Part shown: positions 10,278 through 26,700 of the stretch, piece after piece
Layout of the letters: each line of letters opens with the position of its first letter
Numbering within the stretch: the stretch's first letter is position 1
NCBI GenBank assembly: GCA_010909165.1
Contig: VJWM01000227.1
Coordinates: 186,001 to 250,000 of the forward strand
Source of the DNA: Anthoceros angustus
Lineage: Eukaryota > Plantae > Anthocerotophyta
Direction of reading: 5' to 3'
DNA: 64,000 bases
The notes under the pieces: generated by a model
Databases searched by the model: none
The model's input: only the letters and a program-made list of their open reading frames with translations
Told to the model about the DNA's origin: nothing
Translations under genes and position numbers: made by a program

Positions 10278-12302
10278 ATGGAGCTCACAGTCTCCGGCTG
10301 CAGACCCGCACCGGGAGCGGTACCGGGGCTGGGCCTGCTCCGGGACTGCAGCACCTCGCAGACTGCGTCTTCGTTCCTGTGGGCGGGAACCCGCAGTGGC
10401 TGGCGGGGGAGGCTGTGGACCGGGGGATCCGCGGAGAGGGGATTGCGGTGCAGCGGCAGGCGGAAATTTGCGGTGCTTGCTGCCGGCGGAGGGACGGAGC
10501 AGGAGCAGGAGCAGGAGCAGGGGGAGCAGGCCAGGCCCAGGCAGTCTAGCAATGTGGGCTCTGCAGGGCCCCGCAGGCCCAGCCCCTTGTCGCTGGAGGA
10601 CAAGGAGAGGCGGACTAGGATGGAGGACGAGCTCAAGGATTCCCGGAATTTCATCGACTTTCTTGCGCCCAGGCCGCTCCGCAGGTGGGCGATGGTGCTC
10701 TTTATTGGGCAGTGGCTTTGTGTGATTTTGGACCGAAGGTGCCTGATGGGTTGGTTTCATGTACTGGGAATGGCAGGATACTGTTCGCGTTCGGCGGTGC
10801 ATCTTGCGTCGTCGGATTCTTCATTTCCGTGTCTCAGCTTCTGGCCAACCCGAGCTTTGAGGTTTGGTGGATGATGAATACGTTGGTTGGCTGTCATTTG
10901 GGTAGTGGAATTTTGCCATCTGGGCTGAATTGTGGGGTGCCGTATAATGCAGGCGGCGAATGGCGGGTCCAGTAATGTGGCCATCAATCTGCTGGGGGCT
11001 ATAGGGTTCGGCAGCCTTTACGTGTGGGAAGGAATTCAGGTTGGATGTGGTTGGGATATTGTGAGCTTGTGTCGGCAATGCCTTGCATGAATGAGTGACT
11101 CTGACTTTGTTCGTAAGCTGTAGGCTGAAGCTCAGAAAACCAGGAGGAAGAAAGTGCGAGAAGCTCAAATCAGAAGGGGTGACAGGTGTGACGAGCATGT
11201 GTTTTCAATGGGGAATCATGAATTGTGTCTCTTTGACCTGTGTGTCACGGAAAGTGACGTTTGTGTGCATGTCCAGAGAAGTCTACACGAATGAGAGTGG
11301 TGAAACAATGTCAAGGCTGAAGCCTGTGGACGACGAGTGGATAATCAGACGGCTTGATCGATGGGGGGCTCAAGATGGTCTCCCTCAAGTTGGCCCAAAG
11401 GTTTGATGACGCTTTGACCTTGAAATCAAGGTTATGAAGAAGATTCCATGTTCAGGGCTGGGATTGATGAGGTTGTGTTGTCCTGCAGAAGGGAGCACTG
11501 CTGCAGGACTTGATAAGGCAGCGGGCACCCAAAACGATTGTGGAGGTGAGACCTTGGCATACAGAACCTCCTGAGTGCTGATTTATAGACCTTGGGGCTT
11601 GAAGCTGTGTGTTGTACTAATGCGGTGCTTTCTTATCTGCGTTTGCTTGTGCTGATCTGAACGTGCTGCTTGAAGTCATGAAATGTAGGTTGGAACCTTC
11701 ACTGGATACTCTGCAATCAAGATGGCTCAGGCGTCACTACCGTCATCCAAAATCATTTCCTTTGAGAAGGACTTGAAATGGGTAGCCGTTGCAAAACGGT
11801 ATACTTCTCTACACTAAAATGCAATCTCGAACCAAAGCAACAGTCTGCTGCGACAGCCACTGACGTTGTTGCTTCTGACAACAGGTTCATCTCCCAAGCA
11901 AAGCTGAGCAAGAAGGTGGATGTGAGGTGGGGAGATGCTGTGCAGCAGCTGCAGAAATTCGATGGCAAGATTGACTTCCTCTTCCTGGACGCCGTGCCCT
12001 CGGAGTACATAGACTACCTCAAGGCAGCCGAGCCTCACCTCTCGGAAGGTGCTCTCATCGTTGCTGACAATGCAGGTAAGTCTACATTCCTGACTAGCAG
12101 CTGCATGGATCACGGCATCACCCTCATCCTGCAAGCAGTAACCCAATGCTTCCTACTCGCAGGCCTGTACAGTTCACAAATGCAGCCCTATCTGGACTAC
12201 GTCCAGACTGGCGGTAAGTACGAAAGTCGATACCTTGCCTCCACACTCGAATACAGAGACGATGTGTCCGATGGGCTGGAGGTCAGCACTAGGTTGGGCT
12301 AA
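10278..12302 (+). CDS. SAM- and cation-dependent O-methyltransferase, catechol-O-methyltransferase-like, probable plastid transit peptide; 6 exons (10278-10684, 11277-11400, 11489-11545, 11689-11798, 11885-12075, 12163-12302)
   Basis: VGPKKGALLQDLI..RAPKTIVEVGTFTGYSAIKMA (SAM motif I), IDFLFLDA, ALIVADN, and C-terminal YLDYVQTGGKYESRYLASTLEYRDDVSDGLEVS. Splice phases are consistent. Confidence 0.85.
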
Positions 12303-12957
12303 CGTTGATAACGTCGTCAGGGAAGCATGATTCTTCCAATTTAACACTGTTACTTCTTCCTACCTAACCTGTATATCTTACATCTACAAGTCTTGTGTCA
12401 CCACTTTTTCTTCTCCTCGTGCATGTTTCCTCTTTAAAGTTGAGAGCCGGCTTGCGTGATCTCCTTCCGGTGAAGGTGTGTGGCGTGATGTCCAGTGGCA
12501 GTGACAGCCGGTGAAAATATCATGGCTCGGCAAAGCGGTGGCAGATGCCCGCAACTAAGACGTCTTTTGTAACTTTGCTCCGCGTCATTTGGGGCGCCAT
12601 GGTGTTTGTTGGAGATGCCTGGTTTTGGTTGTTTGTGTTTGTCTCATGTACATATGTCAGCTTGAATTTGCGCAAGCTTTAAACAATCCCTTTCTACTTT
12701 CCACAGCATTTCTGTGTGCCGGTCAGCTGGATCTGCCTGCCGTGATGTGAACCTTACATATTTATGAGATTTGCTGCAAAGTACAAGGTGCAACTATGCA
12801 TTTCAACTAGCAACTGTGCCTTCGATCTTGTGATCCAGTCAATTCCCGACGCTGCAATTCCGTAAGTTCTGAGATGGTGTTGATCCACTGTTCCCCTTTG
12901 GCCCACGGAGATGCCAGTTCGTTGAGTGGATGAAAAGTAGCAGAACTGCCCACGAAA

Positions 12958-15900
12958 ATGCCGTTCAAGGTTCACCTGTTTCCAGTGGAGCAAGTCGCAG
13001 ATAGGCACTTGGAGTATGTGCCAACTGAATTGAGTGGTGAGATGCATAAATTTCCTGCTTCTCATGCTGCGCAGGAAGCACGTTCTGTACCCACAGATCT
13101 GTTAAATTCGAATTGGCCCAAGAATGTTGTGCTATTTTCCTTTGCATTGAGAAGGCAGTCTCTCCGATGCAGGTCCCAGGCTCCATGGATTCCGACTCGG
13201 ACTTTTTCGATGGCTCGCAGAGAGCCGGCTGTTCGGGAGTCTGCTGCTTTCGCACATCAAAGACAAAAACAACTTTCAGCAGGTAGTCTCACGTTTTTTT
13301 GTCTTCTCCGCTCATGTCGGTGTAGCATTCGGTGCTGACTTTGAGACGTTGCTGGATAGACGCTATCACATACAGCCATCCCTGACGCGCCTATGTTTCT
13401 GCCTGAATTTCCGTCTGAAGGTTAGATTGCTCTTGACATTGCTGTTCTAGTACGATTCTCGCACTTTGCCTGAAAGGGTCCATGTAGCCGTCACACTGTG
13501 CGTAGAATTTCAATTCTGGTCCTGGACTCTGGAGTCATCACTGCGTTCAATTCCAGTTGGCTTGCGCATGCAGTGCTGGAGGTGCCACCGGAGAACGGTA
13601 CGGTCCTGTGCCAGTCCACCTGCGAGCCTTCCGTCCGTGTGGCATCAGCTCTACTGTGCCTCCCCCTTGGATCGGAGAACGAGTACCCTTTCTCCTACTG
13701 GAAAATTCGGGACTATGCGGACGCATACAGGACCAAGAGCATCACCCCCTCTGAGGTGAAGCTACCGTGTGCAAGCTACAGGCATTTTGTGCATGGTATA
13801 GGCTTTAGGACAACCCTTGAACGTGGTGACCATCCTGGTTGGCAGGTTGCAGAACGTTTCATCAAAGCCTGTGAGAAATCCCAGACAAGGCACCCCCCTA
13901 TGTCATTCTTCATCAACACGGATGCATATGACGTACGCCAACAAGCCGCAGCATCATCGGAACGCTTTGCTGCAGGTATCTGTATAGCTTTGTTGCAGGC
14001 TAGCCTGCTTGTGTTGGACAGATCATGCGTTGTGTGACACAACATTGGCATCTTCAACTAGTCTTGAAGCTAGTAACAGTGTCCATGCTGACTGCCAGCC
14101 TGCTCGACTCAAACTTGTCTACAGGCAAGCCCTTGTCAATACTGGATGGGGTACTGATTGCAGTGAAGGACGATATTGATTGTCTCCCATATCCAACCAC
14201 AGGCAAGCCTTGACTGGTTTTGTACGCCACTTGCTTGGAAGAATGTCGACAGCGGCCACTGACCTAGTTTGTTTCCTTCCTCTTACAGGGGGAAGCAAAT
14301 GGCTACAGAAGGTCAGAGCTGTTACAGAGGATGCTGTCTGTGTTGCAAGATTGCGAAAATGTGGGATGATCTTCGTGGGAAAGACCAATATGAACGAGCT
14401 TGGTCTAGGAGTGAATGGCAACAACCCACATTATGGGTGAGAGTCTTCACCACCTGTAATCTGGTTCTGTTTTGGTCATTTCAATCAGATACAGCATGCC
14501 TGGTTCTGATTGCGAACAAATGTAACTAGCCACACTTTTCCCTTTGACGTACCTTTGTCTTTTTGTGAGCAGGGTGGTGAGGAATCCTTATAATGTCCAA
14601 TGCTACAGCGGGGGTTCAGCTGCTGGGTCCATTGGAGTTGTGTCCTCCGGGCTCTGCCCCGTGGCTCTTGGAACCGATGGTGGAGGTTAACCACCTTCAA
14701 CTCTCCCATCCATTGGCTGTCATCTGAAAAGGATCCTGTCGGCTATATCCTTCCAAGTGGCTTGTATATTGTAGGCTCTATGCGTATACCAGCTTCACTT
14801 TGTGGGGTGGTGGGTCTCAAAACAACCTTTGGCCGAACAACTCTTGCTGGGTAAGGTACTGCTTCTCATTCAATCGGGGGATTCTACTCTGCTGAACTAA
14901 TGCCCTCGACTCATAAAATGCAGAGTTCTCTCGCTTGGGTGGACATTGGAGGTCGTATGCCCATCTGGAACAACGGTGGAAGACACATTACTTGTGTAAG
15001 TAGATGCTGTTTACTTATTTTTGAATATATCTGTGGGTGAGTGAGTACTGCTCCCGTTCTTATTGTGAATCTCAGGAATCTGATGTAGCTTTATATCTGT
15101 TCGATTCAGTTATGCAGGAATGCTTGGTTGTCACCCGCAAGATGTGTATGTGTCCCCTCGGGTGAGTTTCAGTGTATTGTTCAAGTGGTTCAGGGGAGGC
15201 GGCTTCCTACCCATAGCTTACTTGGAAATTCCTAAATCTTGCTTATCTGTGAGCTGTGCCTGTGAAGGTACCACCTTCGTTCCCAATGTTGGAAGGTGCC
15301 CGAGATTTCAAAGATTTCCCATCTGTCGTCGGAAAATTGAGGATAGGCAAATACTCAGCAGTAAGGACCACCGAGTCCATGTCTGCAAGATGTTTCAGCT
15401 TCGGCTGTGTTGTGTAGGCACGAGCAGCTCTTCGATTTGTCTCACTTGTATGCCTAAAGCATCGTTTTGTGGTCAATGTACTCAGTGGTTCAACCATGTG
15501 AAGAGCAACGATATTATAGAAGCATGTGACTATGCTCTCAAGCTGTTAGTAGGGACATACGGGAACGAGGTAATAATCAATGCTGTTTGAGCTGCTTTGC
15601 ACTCTATACACCAACTGTTTCCTAATGTGCATGACTTGTTCAGATCAAGGAGATAGTTCTTCCAGAGTTGGATGAATTGCGGATTGGTTACTTAGCTACC
15701 TTCGGTTCCGAGCTTGCAACAGCCCTCAATGCGGACTATGAGAATGGGCAAGTACCTTCCCACCTCGAGCTCGTATGAACACCGTGGAATTGTTTCACGG
15801 GCTGACCTCTCCTTCTCTTATTATCAGTTACAAGACAGAGCTGTGTTGTGAAGTGCGAGGGAATTTGGCACTCTTCAGAACATTCACTTCTCGTGATTAT

Positions 15901-16875
15901 CTAGCAGCACAGCGTCTGAGGTAACTACATATGCAGCACCTCCTTCCTCCACTTTCCCAACACCCAGGATGAGTTCACGATGAATATGCGTACCGCAGCT
16001 GCTAACGACCATGCGCTACAGACGAAGGGTCATGTACCATCACATGGAGGCATTCAAAACTGTGGATGTCATCGTAACACCCACCACGGGGTAAGGTGCT
16101 GAGAGGAAGCCCATTGCAAGGTGCATTTTCTAGATACACTTGTCTAGTGCATCTATCTAGAGAAACCGGATATTGAAGCCGTCATGAAACATGGTCAAAT
16201 TGGTTATTTGCTGCAAGATCCTGACACGGATATGCTTGTCCAGAATGACGGCACCAATTATCCCAGCCAACGCTCTATCCAAAGGCGAGAGTGACCTCGA
16301 GGTTACCGGTCCGTGTCTTCCTTTGTCATGCTTTGTTCTGGTTCGGACTGTCCTTCCATTTTGTTTGCAATCCGCAGCGAAGCTTGTGTTGGAAACTTTG
16401 CAGGTTGCCTTATGCGTTTTCTTCCTGGACCCAACTTCATTGGGCTCCCAGCCATCAGTGTCCCTGTAAGCTTCCCCCATCTTTCGCTCAATCACCCATA
16501 AAGTTTTCTGTAAGCTTCCTTCCTCAAGTCTCAGTTTTTTCGTCTGGGTCCCCCATTTTGCAGGTGGGTCAAGATGCAGAAGGGTTGCCCATCGGCCTTC
16601 AGCTCATCGGACGGCCATGGTCCGAAGCAACACTGCTCCGTTTAGCTTCAGCACTGGAGGTAAGACACATACATAAATGCCCATGTCACTCTCACATTGT
16701 TGAGTTGGGTTGGGCTAGGCTGTGCTGGGGTGGGCTGGGCTGGGCTGGGCTGGGCTGGTGAGCTGACACTCTATGGATGTTGCAGAGACTGTTTCTGCCT
16801 GCTAGGAAGAAACCGACTGTGTTCTTCGACATCCTCAAGAAGCAAGGACGGCAGGGAGGAGGCAGTGGCCCTTGA
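12958..16875 (+). CDS. FAAH: Fatty acid amide hydrolase (amidase signature family), ~19 exons
   Basis: Exons encode IPDAPMFLPEFP, YWKIRDYADAY, LDGVLIAVKDDID, GKTNMNELGLG, RNPY...GGS..[75 protein letters not shown] and KKPTVFFDIL. Stop TGA at 16873-16875. Confidence 0.9.
16709..16757. repeat. (TGGGC)n microsatellite in the last FAAH intron
   Basis: gggttgggctaggctgtgctggggtgggctgggctgggctgggctgggctgg. Confidence 0.7.
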
Positions 16876-18420
16876 GACATGGACATGAGGATATACACGA
16901 GTAGGGAGATAGTGTGATGTGGCTGTGTCCCAATCACAAATAGTGTATGTTGGAAGCAGCAAGCTGCAAGATTCTTTAATGGAAGGAAAGGAAATGATTA
17001 TTCTCCCCCTTTGGCAGCACCCCACTTTGGAGCACAGGTGCGGGTGATGGAGGCAGGACGAAGAGCATGAGCAGGCATGCGAACTTCTCGTGGTGCCGGG
17101 TCAGTGCATGCTCCCACCGTTGGATTTCACAGGCATTGGGTGTGCGGGGAGCGGGAGCGGCACCAACTGACCGGCTGGCCTTCCACCCGGCAGCATGCTG
17201 ATGCGATGTGATGTGGCGTGCCTTGCAACTTGTGCAACTTCAAAATCACAAGCAGCGTACAGGGCGAGGGCGGGAAGTTGGGGCGGAAAGCGACCCTGGA
17301 AAGCAGTGGAGCGGAGCGAAGTACGAGGAGAGCTGGCTAGATGCCCTGTCCCACTCCGCACCGCAGTATATTCACTCCGGCCCCGCTGGGAAAGGAGCTC
17401 AAATCAAAAGCGGTGGGAAAGGAAATCAACCCAAAAGCGCTAGGAAAGGAAGGAATGAGGAAGAAAAACAAATCTGTGATGCAAACCAAACCGGTAGCGA
17501 ATGTCTGGTCCACAGCCTTCCCCGAGCTGCTGCAAGAAAGGCGGCACTGCCAGCAAGCAAGCTGCAAGCAGCATCGGTACGAAGAAAGATGTGACATTAT
17601 TTACAACTAAACTGGCCAGCAGCAAGCCAGACTAGAGAGGACGGTGGTGCAGCTGGGTTGAATCTTCTGGCAACGTGAAAGCAGGACACATGGTTGGTCG
17701 GTTGCCTCTGCTTCCATTCCACCTCCCAGCCTGCCTTGCTTGTCATCCGTTTAGCAGGGCCAGCCACTTGTCGCCTGCTGCCGCTGAGACAAGTTTTGCA
17801 AGCTGGATGATGAACCAGGTGGGGAATCTAATGGCACCCCGAACCCCAAGACACACAACGGGCAGCAGGCCCGCAGCCAGGTGTGTAGTGTTGGTGTGCG
17901 CAAGGCTCTAGATCAAGCGTCCCATCTCTCATGTGCCATCCTTAATCTTGCAAGACGCCTCCCCTTGTTTGGCTCCAGGGAAACGGACACATGGGTGGTT
18001 GCAATCCTCTCCTCTCCTTCTCATCTCCTCCTCTCTCCATGGCAGCCCACAAATCCCCCCTCACCATGCCACGCACTTGGCACCATTGCTGGCCTGCCGC
18101 TCTCATGTCGATAAAGAAATAACCCATATCGTCCGCCTGACGTGTGTGTCCTCGACTACCCTCCCCACCTACATCACCTACTGCACCCGGCGCGCTCGAC
18201 CTCCCCCCTCCCGCATCTGCCACGCTCGGCCGTGCTTTCTGCGAACCGGCGGTCACTCTTAGGCGAGGACCAGGAATCCTCCCACCCAGAACGGCCTCCT
18301 GGCGCACCGCACGGCCAGCCACTGTATGTAGCGAGCCGCGTTTCTCCTCATGCATGTGTGTATGTGTCTCATGTTCCTTTGCCATCGATCTCGCCAAAGG
18401 AACGCGGTAGGTATACATCG

Positions 18421-19275
18421 TGGATACGGCTCGGCCTGGAAGATACGTAGATATTTTCCGATATATGTTCATATGTAGAATCCAGGTGACCGGGCCAGCC
18501 GGTGTCCGGGCCCACCACCGGCGTGCACGGTTAGGTTGACTGGAGGGAGGTCAGGGTGGCGACCACGTGGCCAGTCGGTGGCCCAATTCTTCGACGGCGC
18601 CTCGCGCGACCCGCTCGCCCACTCGCAGAGCTCGTTTGTACCGGACCTTAGGCCGCGCCTTCTCAGCCATTCATTTCTCACGTTCCTCTCGCTCCTAATA
18701 ACGAGCGCGTTTTTTAGGCGGCGTTTAAGTTGGAGTAATAAATGTGCATGTTATGGAATATTCGCGGCCTCAGATATTAAGGTGCCAAAAACGACAAAAT
18801 GGAGAAGGAGGAGAAGGAGAAGTGTATTATAGTCCACCGAGGAGGCGGTTAGAGACACATTCCTGCTGGAGGTCGGGAACTGTGTGTAGGTAACTAGACT
18901 AGACTAGGTACACATATCTCGCAGCACCGGAAGACCTCGAGGCTGGCCGACGAAAATATCCGAGCCGGGGGCTCCGTGACCGGCGGGTCCGGTGGGGCTC
19001 CGGTGCCGCCTCCGCCACGTGCCGGTGGCGGCCGAAATATCCACAGCCAAGCCTGCCGCTTTCTACCTCATGTCGGAGATAAGGTTGACGCCTTTGGCTG
19101 TTGCCGTTTTACCTCACCGCATGCGCGTCCTTGACGAATGGGACGCCGGCTACCGGAAGCAGGCGGTGGGTTTTGGCGGGAGCGCGCGCTTACCGGCTAT
19201 GGCCGGGAGGGCCGATCCGGTGCCCCGCGCACGCCGCCTCCGATGCATGGGAGCCTCCTGACAGGTCGACGTGGC
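18421..19275 (+). promoter_or_regulatory. Cluster of circadian, sugar and ABA cis-elements upstream of the beta-amylase gene
   Basis: Evening element AAAATATCT (minus strand, 18449-18457), TATCCA (minus 18421-18426; plus 19038-19043), G-boxes CACGTG (18564-18569, 19016-19021) and ABRE ACGTGGC (19269-19275). Confidence 0.45.
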
Positions 19276-19593
19276 GCGCTCATCTCGGAGGGGCGGGCGA
19301 ATCCGGCGTAACGCGCCGGGCGGTTTCGCCGCCCTTTTTCTAGTGGATTTGTTGAATTACTGCCAGCCGCATGTCTATCTGTTGCTGCGTCCAACGCCGT
19401 TGCTGCCGCTGCATTTGCCGCTGCCGCTGGCTGCCTCCGAGCTCTGCTGATCGCATCGTCCTGTTGCGGAGGGGAAATTCTGGCCTTCTTCCTCGGCTGC
19501 CTGCTGAATTTGGCGGAGCGTGAGGATTCCAGGCGCCCGGGGCAAGAGTTGCAGGATTGTGGCTCCAGTTTGCCAGACAGGGCAGGTGCGGTG

Positions 19594-19620
19594 TGGAGTG
19601 GAGTGGAGTGGAGTGGAGTG
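19594..19620. repeat. (GGAGT)n microsatellite
   Basis: tggagtggagtggagtggagtggagtg. Confidence 0.85.
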
Positions 19621-20365
19621 AGAGGAGTAGTGGGGTAGAGTTCAGTGAAGTGGAGCATGTAGGCTGGCTGTAGTTGTGACTTGAGCTAAACCTTGGGAGA
19701 CACCGACCCTGCTCCTGCCTGCGACGCGTGTGTGTGTGTGCTCCGGCTTCTTTCTGTCCGTCTTGGTGAAAAGAGGACGCGAGCCTTGCACTTTATGCCG
19801 CGGCAGTGAGGAGGAGGCCTGTGGTCTGGTTGCGAGATTGGTAGATCGTGAGCCCGGCGGATCCTTTGTGATGTAGTGTGCGCACGCTGGTGTTGGCGAA
19901 TGACAAGGAACGCACTGTTGTAGCATCTTACTGTAGTGGAATTGCTGTAGCGGCTTTGGCGGGCTCGTTCGGGAGCTTGATGTTCTCGAGATCAGGATGG
20001 AACACCTGGAATTATTGCCTTAAGGAGGTAGGACACATCGGGGACGTAGCACAGATTGCAAGATAGCGCTGATTGGAAGTAAGGACGGATTGGGGGAATC
20101 GGCCCACTGTCGACGGCATGATGCTCCGCAGGTGCTAACAGTGGATCCCAGTGGTGGACGGGGTGAGTGCACTGTGTTGAGTGAGGGGGTGGTGCACTCT
20201 AGATGGTGGACATGTGTGTCAGGTGTTGACAAGAGCCGGTTGCTTTGCGGCAGTGTTTGGTCGGAGTGCTCCTCCTCATGCGGCGGACGTGGTAGCTAGC
20301 TGCTACCACCCCGGTTCGGCCTCGGGGGCTCGGCAGCTTCAGCGGGAAGCCGCATCCCTCTGACG

Positions 20366-23391
<3,026 letters not shown>

Positions 23392-23741
23392 CAAAAAGGG
23401 GGGCAGAGAATCCCCATTTTTCAAGTCTAGCTATTGAAGGTCCCCGTCTTGTACTCTATCTGCATTGATTTAAGGAGGAGTTGCTCCCAGTATGTTTTCC
23501 TCTGCTATGATCTAGCCTACTGAAAGCCTGCAGGCTAGTCCACCTGATACTGTACTTCCTGGTGTCTCTACATTTTTCTGTCAACCAAGTTGTAGGCTAG
23601 AGACGGGCCAGTTCAGTAAATTTGTCGAAACATATTGTATATAATTGTGAGATGTAGACCTTTCTTTGTGACTTGAATTTCTCTAGGCTTCGTCAGCCGC
23701 TGAGGATACAAGCCAGAACTCGAGTTGTTGCACAGTGGCTT

Positions 23742-26700
23742 CTAGATCGCGTAAACTTTCCTCTCGTGGCCTCCGTTGCCTCGTCTTGTGACTCTTGTCG
23801 ACGCCTCTGCCTTCGCTTCCTCTCTTTCAAACTCAGCAATCTCGGTTTGGGCGTACTTCGTCAAGCTTTCATCGGTGCCAAGCACTCCGTCACTCCATTC
23901 ATCTTGCTGAGCTGTTCCTATGCCGCCACGTTTTACCTCCAGAGACTGTAATTTGTCAAGCAGAGCACTCTCTCTTCTTATGCTGTTCTTTCTGAACTGC
24001 TCGAACTTTCTCGTGACGTCATCGTCGGCCGCACAATCTGACCCCAGGTCCAATGCACAGCTGCCTTGCTTACAACCCAAAATACATCCGTCACTCGTTG
24101 AATGACCCTTAGGACTCTGCCTTGTACTGTATTTGAGGTTTTTTAGCTGTGTGTGGAACACAAACGGCTTGGGTATGGTGTACTGCCTAGCAGGGAAAGC
24201 GTATGCCTGGAACAAAACCAGGAAAACGTTCATGTCTCACGCCTCGCTTTGATGCATTTATGCATGGACGGCTCTCTCCGAAAGATAGCAACCCAAGAAG
24301 TAAGTCAGAGAAAGGGACCCACTTGTGTCATGAAAAGCTTTTTCTCCAGCTCGTCTTGCTCCCGCTTCATTTGCTTTGCTATGCGCTGAAGTTCCAGGTG
24401 CCTCTCCAACCCCTTGATTACCACAAACCTTCTCCTGCTTCGAGGTGCAGAGTTGATTATAGGTTGGAATGTGCATTCTCGGACTTCCTGCAACTCCTTC
24501 AATACCCTCGCGAGCCTCTGCCTCCTGGCTTTCTCCTGATAAACGATGGGGTAAATGTGAGTCTGTATACCTGACTCCTTTGACTGAGTTATTCAATTTT
24601 TCACCGGCCGCAACTGAGAACAGAGGCATGCCTCTCTGTGGCAATGTCGTCGCAGACGAACCATCTCCATGGTTTTCCTGTCTTTGATAACCCGCAGAGA
24701 CGTAGGATTCATCTACGAGGGATGCACATGTGAGCTACACAGCACAAGATGCACCTCTGCACAAGTTCCACGTCGAGGACAGCACATACATTCATGCTTC
24801 TCCGTCTGGTGGAAGTAGAGGCTGCGAACCTGAGGTTGGAATGAGAACTTTTCATCGAAAGCTGCTTTTGCAGCTAACATCAGTCCTGCTTTCTTCCTTG
24901 TGGCTTTTTCATTCTGCAACCATTGCCCAAAACTGCATGTCATCCACTTCTACAATATTGAAATGACTGATTCACAACTACTCTCTCCGTGACTACATGC
25001 AAGAAACAGGATTCAAGTAGGATACAAAAGCCTTGACGCATGGCCCAAAACATACCTTGTGCAGCAAGTCAATGCTAGGTTGTCTCCCTAGGAGTCGAGA
25101 GACCTCGTCAATCTCTGGACGATATTTGAACTTTGAATCCACAGCATCCTGCTTGTAACCAGAAGCACATCAAAACTCCTCGAATGAGAAAAAAGCACTT
25201 TTCAGCAACTTTGTGCATGCAAGTATCAGCACGATCAATCTCCACCACCTTCAACACAATTTTCTATGATACTCTGTTCTCTCGGTTTCTGCACTCGTGC
25301 CTGCAACATCGCCCGTAAATATACATGCATCTAAGCACAGGTGGCAAAGAAATGCATATGCCCTTGCCCTGATGTCCTTGCTCTGACCTAGAGAAGTGAA
25401 ATGAAACCTGGTGACAAACAAACACCCAGCAAAAGTACGGATCTCACAGCTATTGTCTGCAGGTGTTGGTCATGGTTTTCCTTATCACGAACAGACAGCC
25501 TTTCCCACCTTTGAGTAGGACCTTCTCCCATCATATGTAGATGATTTGTTGATTTTCTGAGAATAGCATCACAATCACTTATTTTTGGAGTGAAGGTTGC
25601 ATCTATGGGAATCTGTTCCTTTTCCTTCACCTTCTGTTTGCCCATGTGTCCAAACAAGTTACTCGTGTATGAGAGACAGCTGAGGTTCTTATGCTCTTGA
25701 GAGACTACAGAGAAGTTCATTCACTTAGGAGTTCCTAATCAGCTGACCTACCTTGTCATGACTCTCTACAAATCTTCGCTGCCGAGAAAAGAAATCTGGG
25801 CAAGAGCCATACTCCTTAGATTTCCCGACAATTTCGTTCGTGTTCTTGTTGATAACTGGGGCAAATGTGCATTGATATTTCCCATTCGTATAACATTCCT
25901 GATGTACAGAAATCAAAGCAAATTTGGTACTGCCGCGCAATACTAGGGTGAGAAAGTGATGAGGAGGACACTTACCCCTTTGTGGCTTTTGCACTCTTCA
26001 TGCACAGAAGGCCGTACATCTCGTAAAAGACGATCTTGGAAGGTTATGTGCCGATACCCTCGCTGCAGTATTACAAGGGACCGCCACAATGCAGCCAAGA
26101 TCAGGCCAAGAACCTATTCCTGATAGGCCTCGAGGCTCTAATGTTGTTACAACGGAGCATCCCGGACCACCAATGGTCAGCCGAGTGTTTGAAGCTTCCA
26201 CACAGCACAAACCTGCTTAAACAGTCGAATTGATCTTCGGTTGATCTGAGGCCGAAATGTACACCCAGCTGCAATGTCAGTTCTTTTCCTCATGAGCTCC
26301 AGTCGTTCCATTCTCCTTAGCTAAGTGAGATTCACATGGCTTGCTTCAGTCGATGGTTGATACGAAGGGAGTGAAATTTTATTTTTAGTTTAGTCCAAGA
26401 GAAGTTGGGACCTGCCAGTCCTCTGTTCGCTCGTGTATAGGTTGGTAAGGGACATGATCATACTCCGTGTTTGTTTGTGGCCAGAATGAGAGCATGTCCA
26501 TTGCCTCTTTCTCGTTTACCATTCTAGCCTGCAAGATGCAGACTCCTTTCAGTCAATGGAAGACAACAATGTCCAAAGCGCATGTCTCGGTATACATGCA
26601 CAATAAGCAACAACTTTCTTACTCGTTTTCTTTCTTCCATGCGCTTTTGCAAGTTTCCAGCCCTCTCCAGCATTGGCCTGGGACTTCCTATTCCCCCTCT

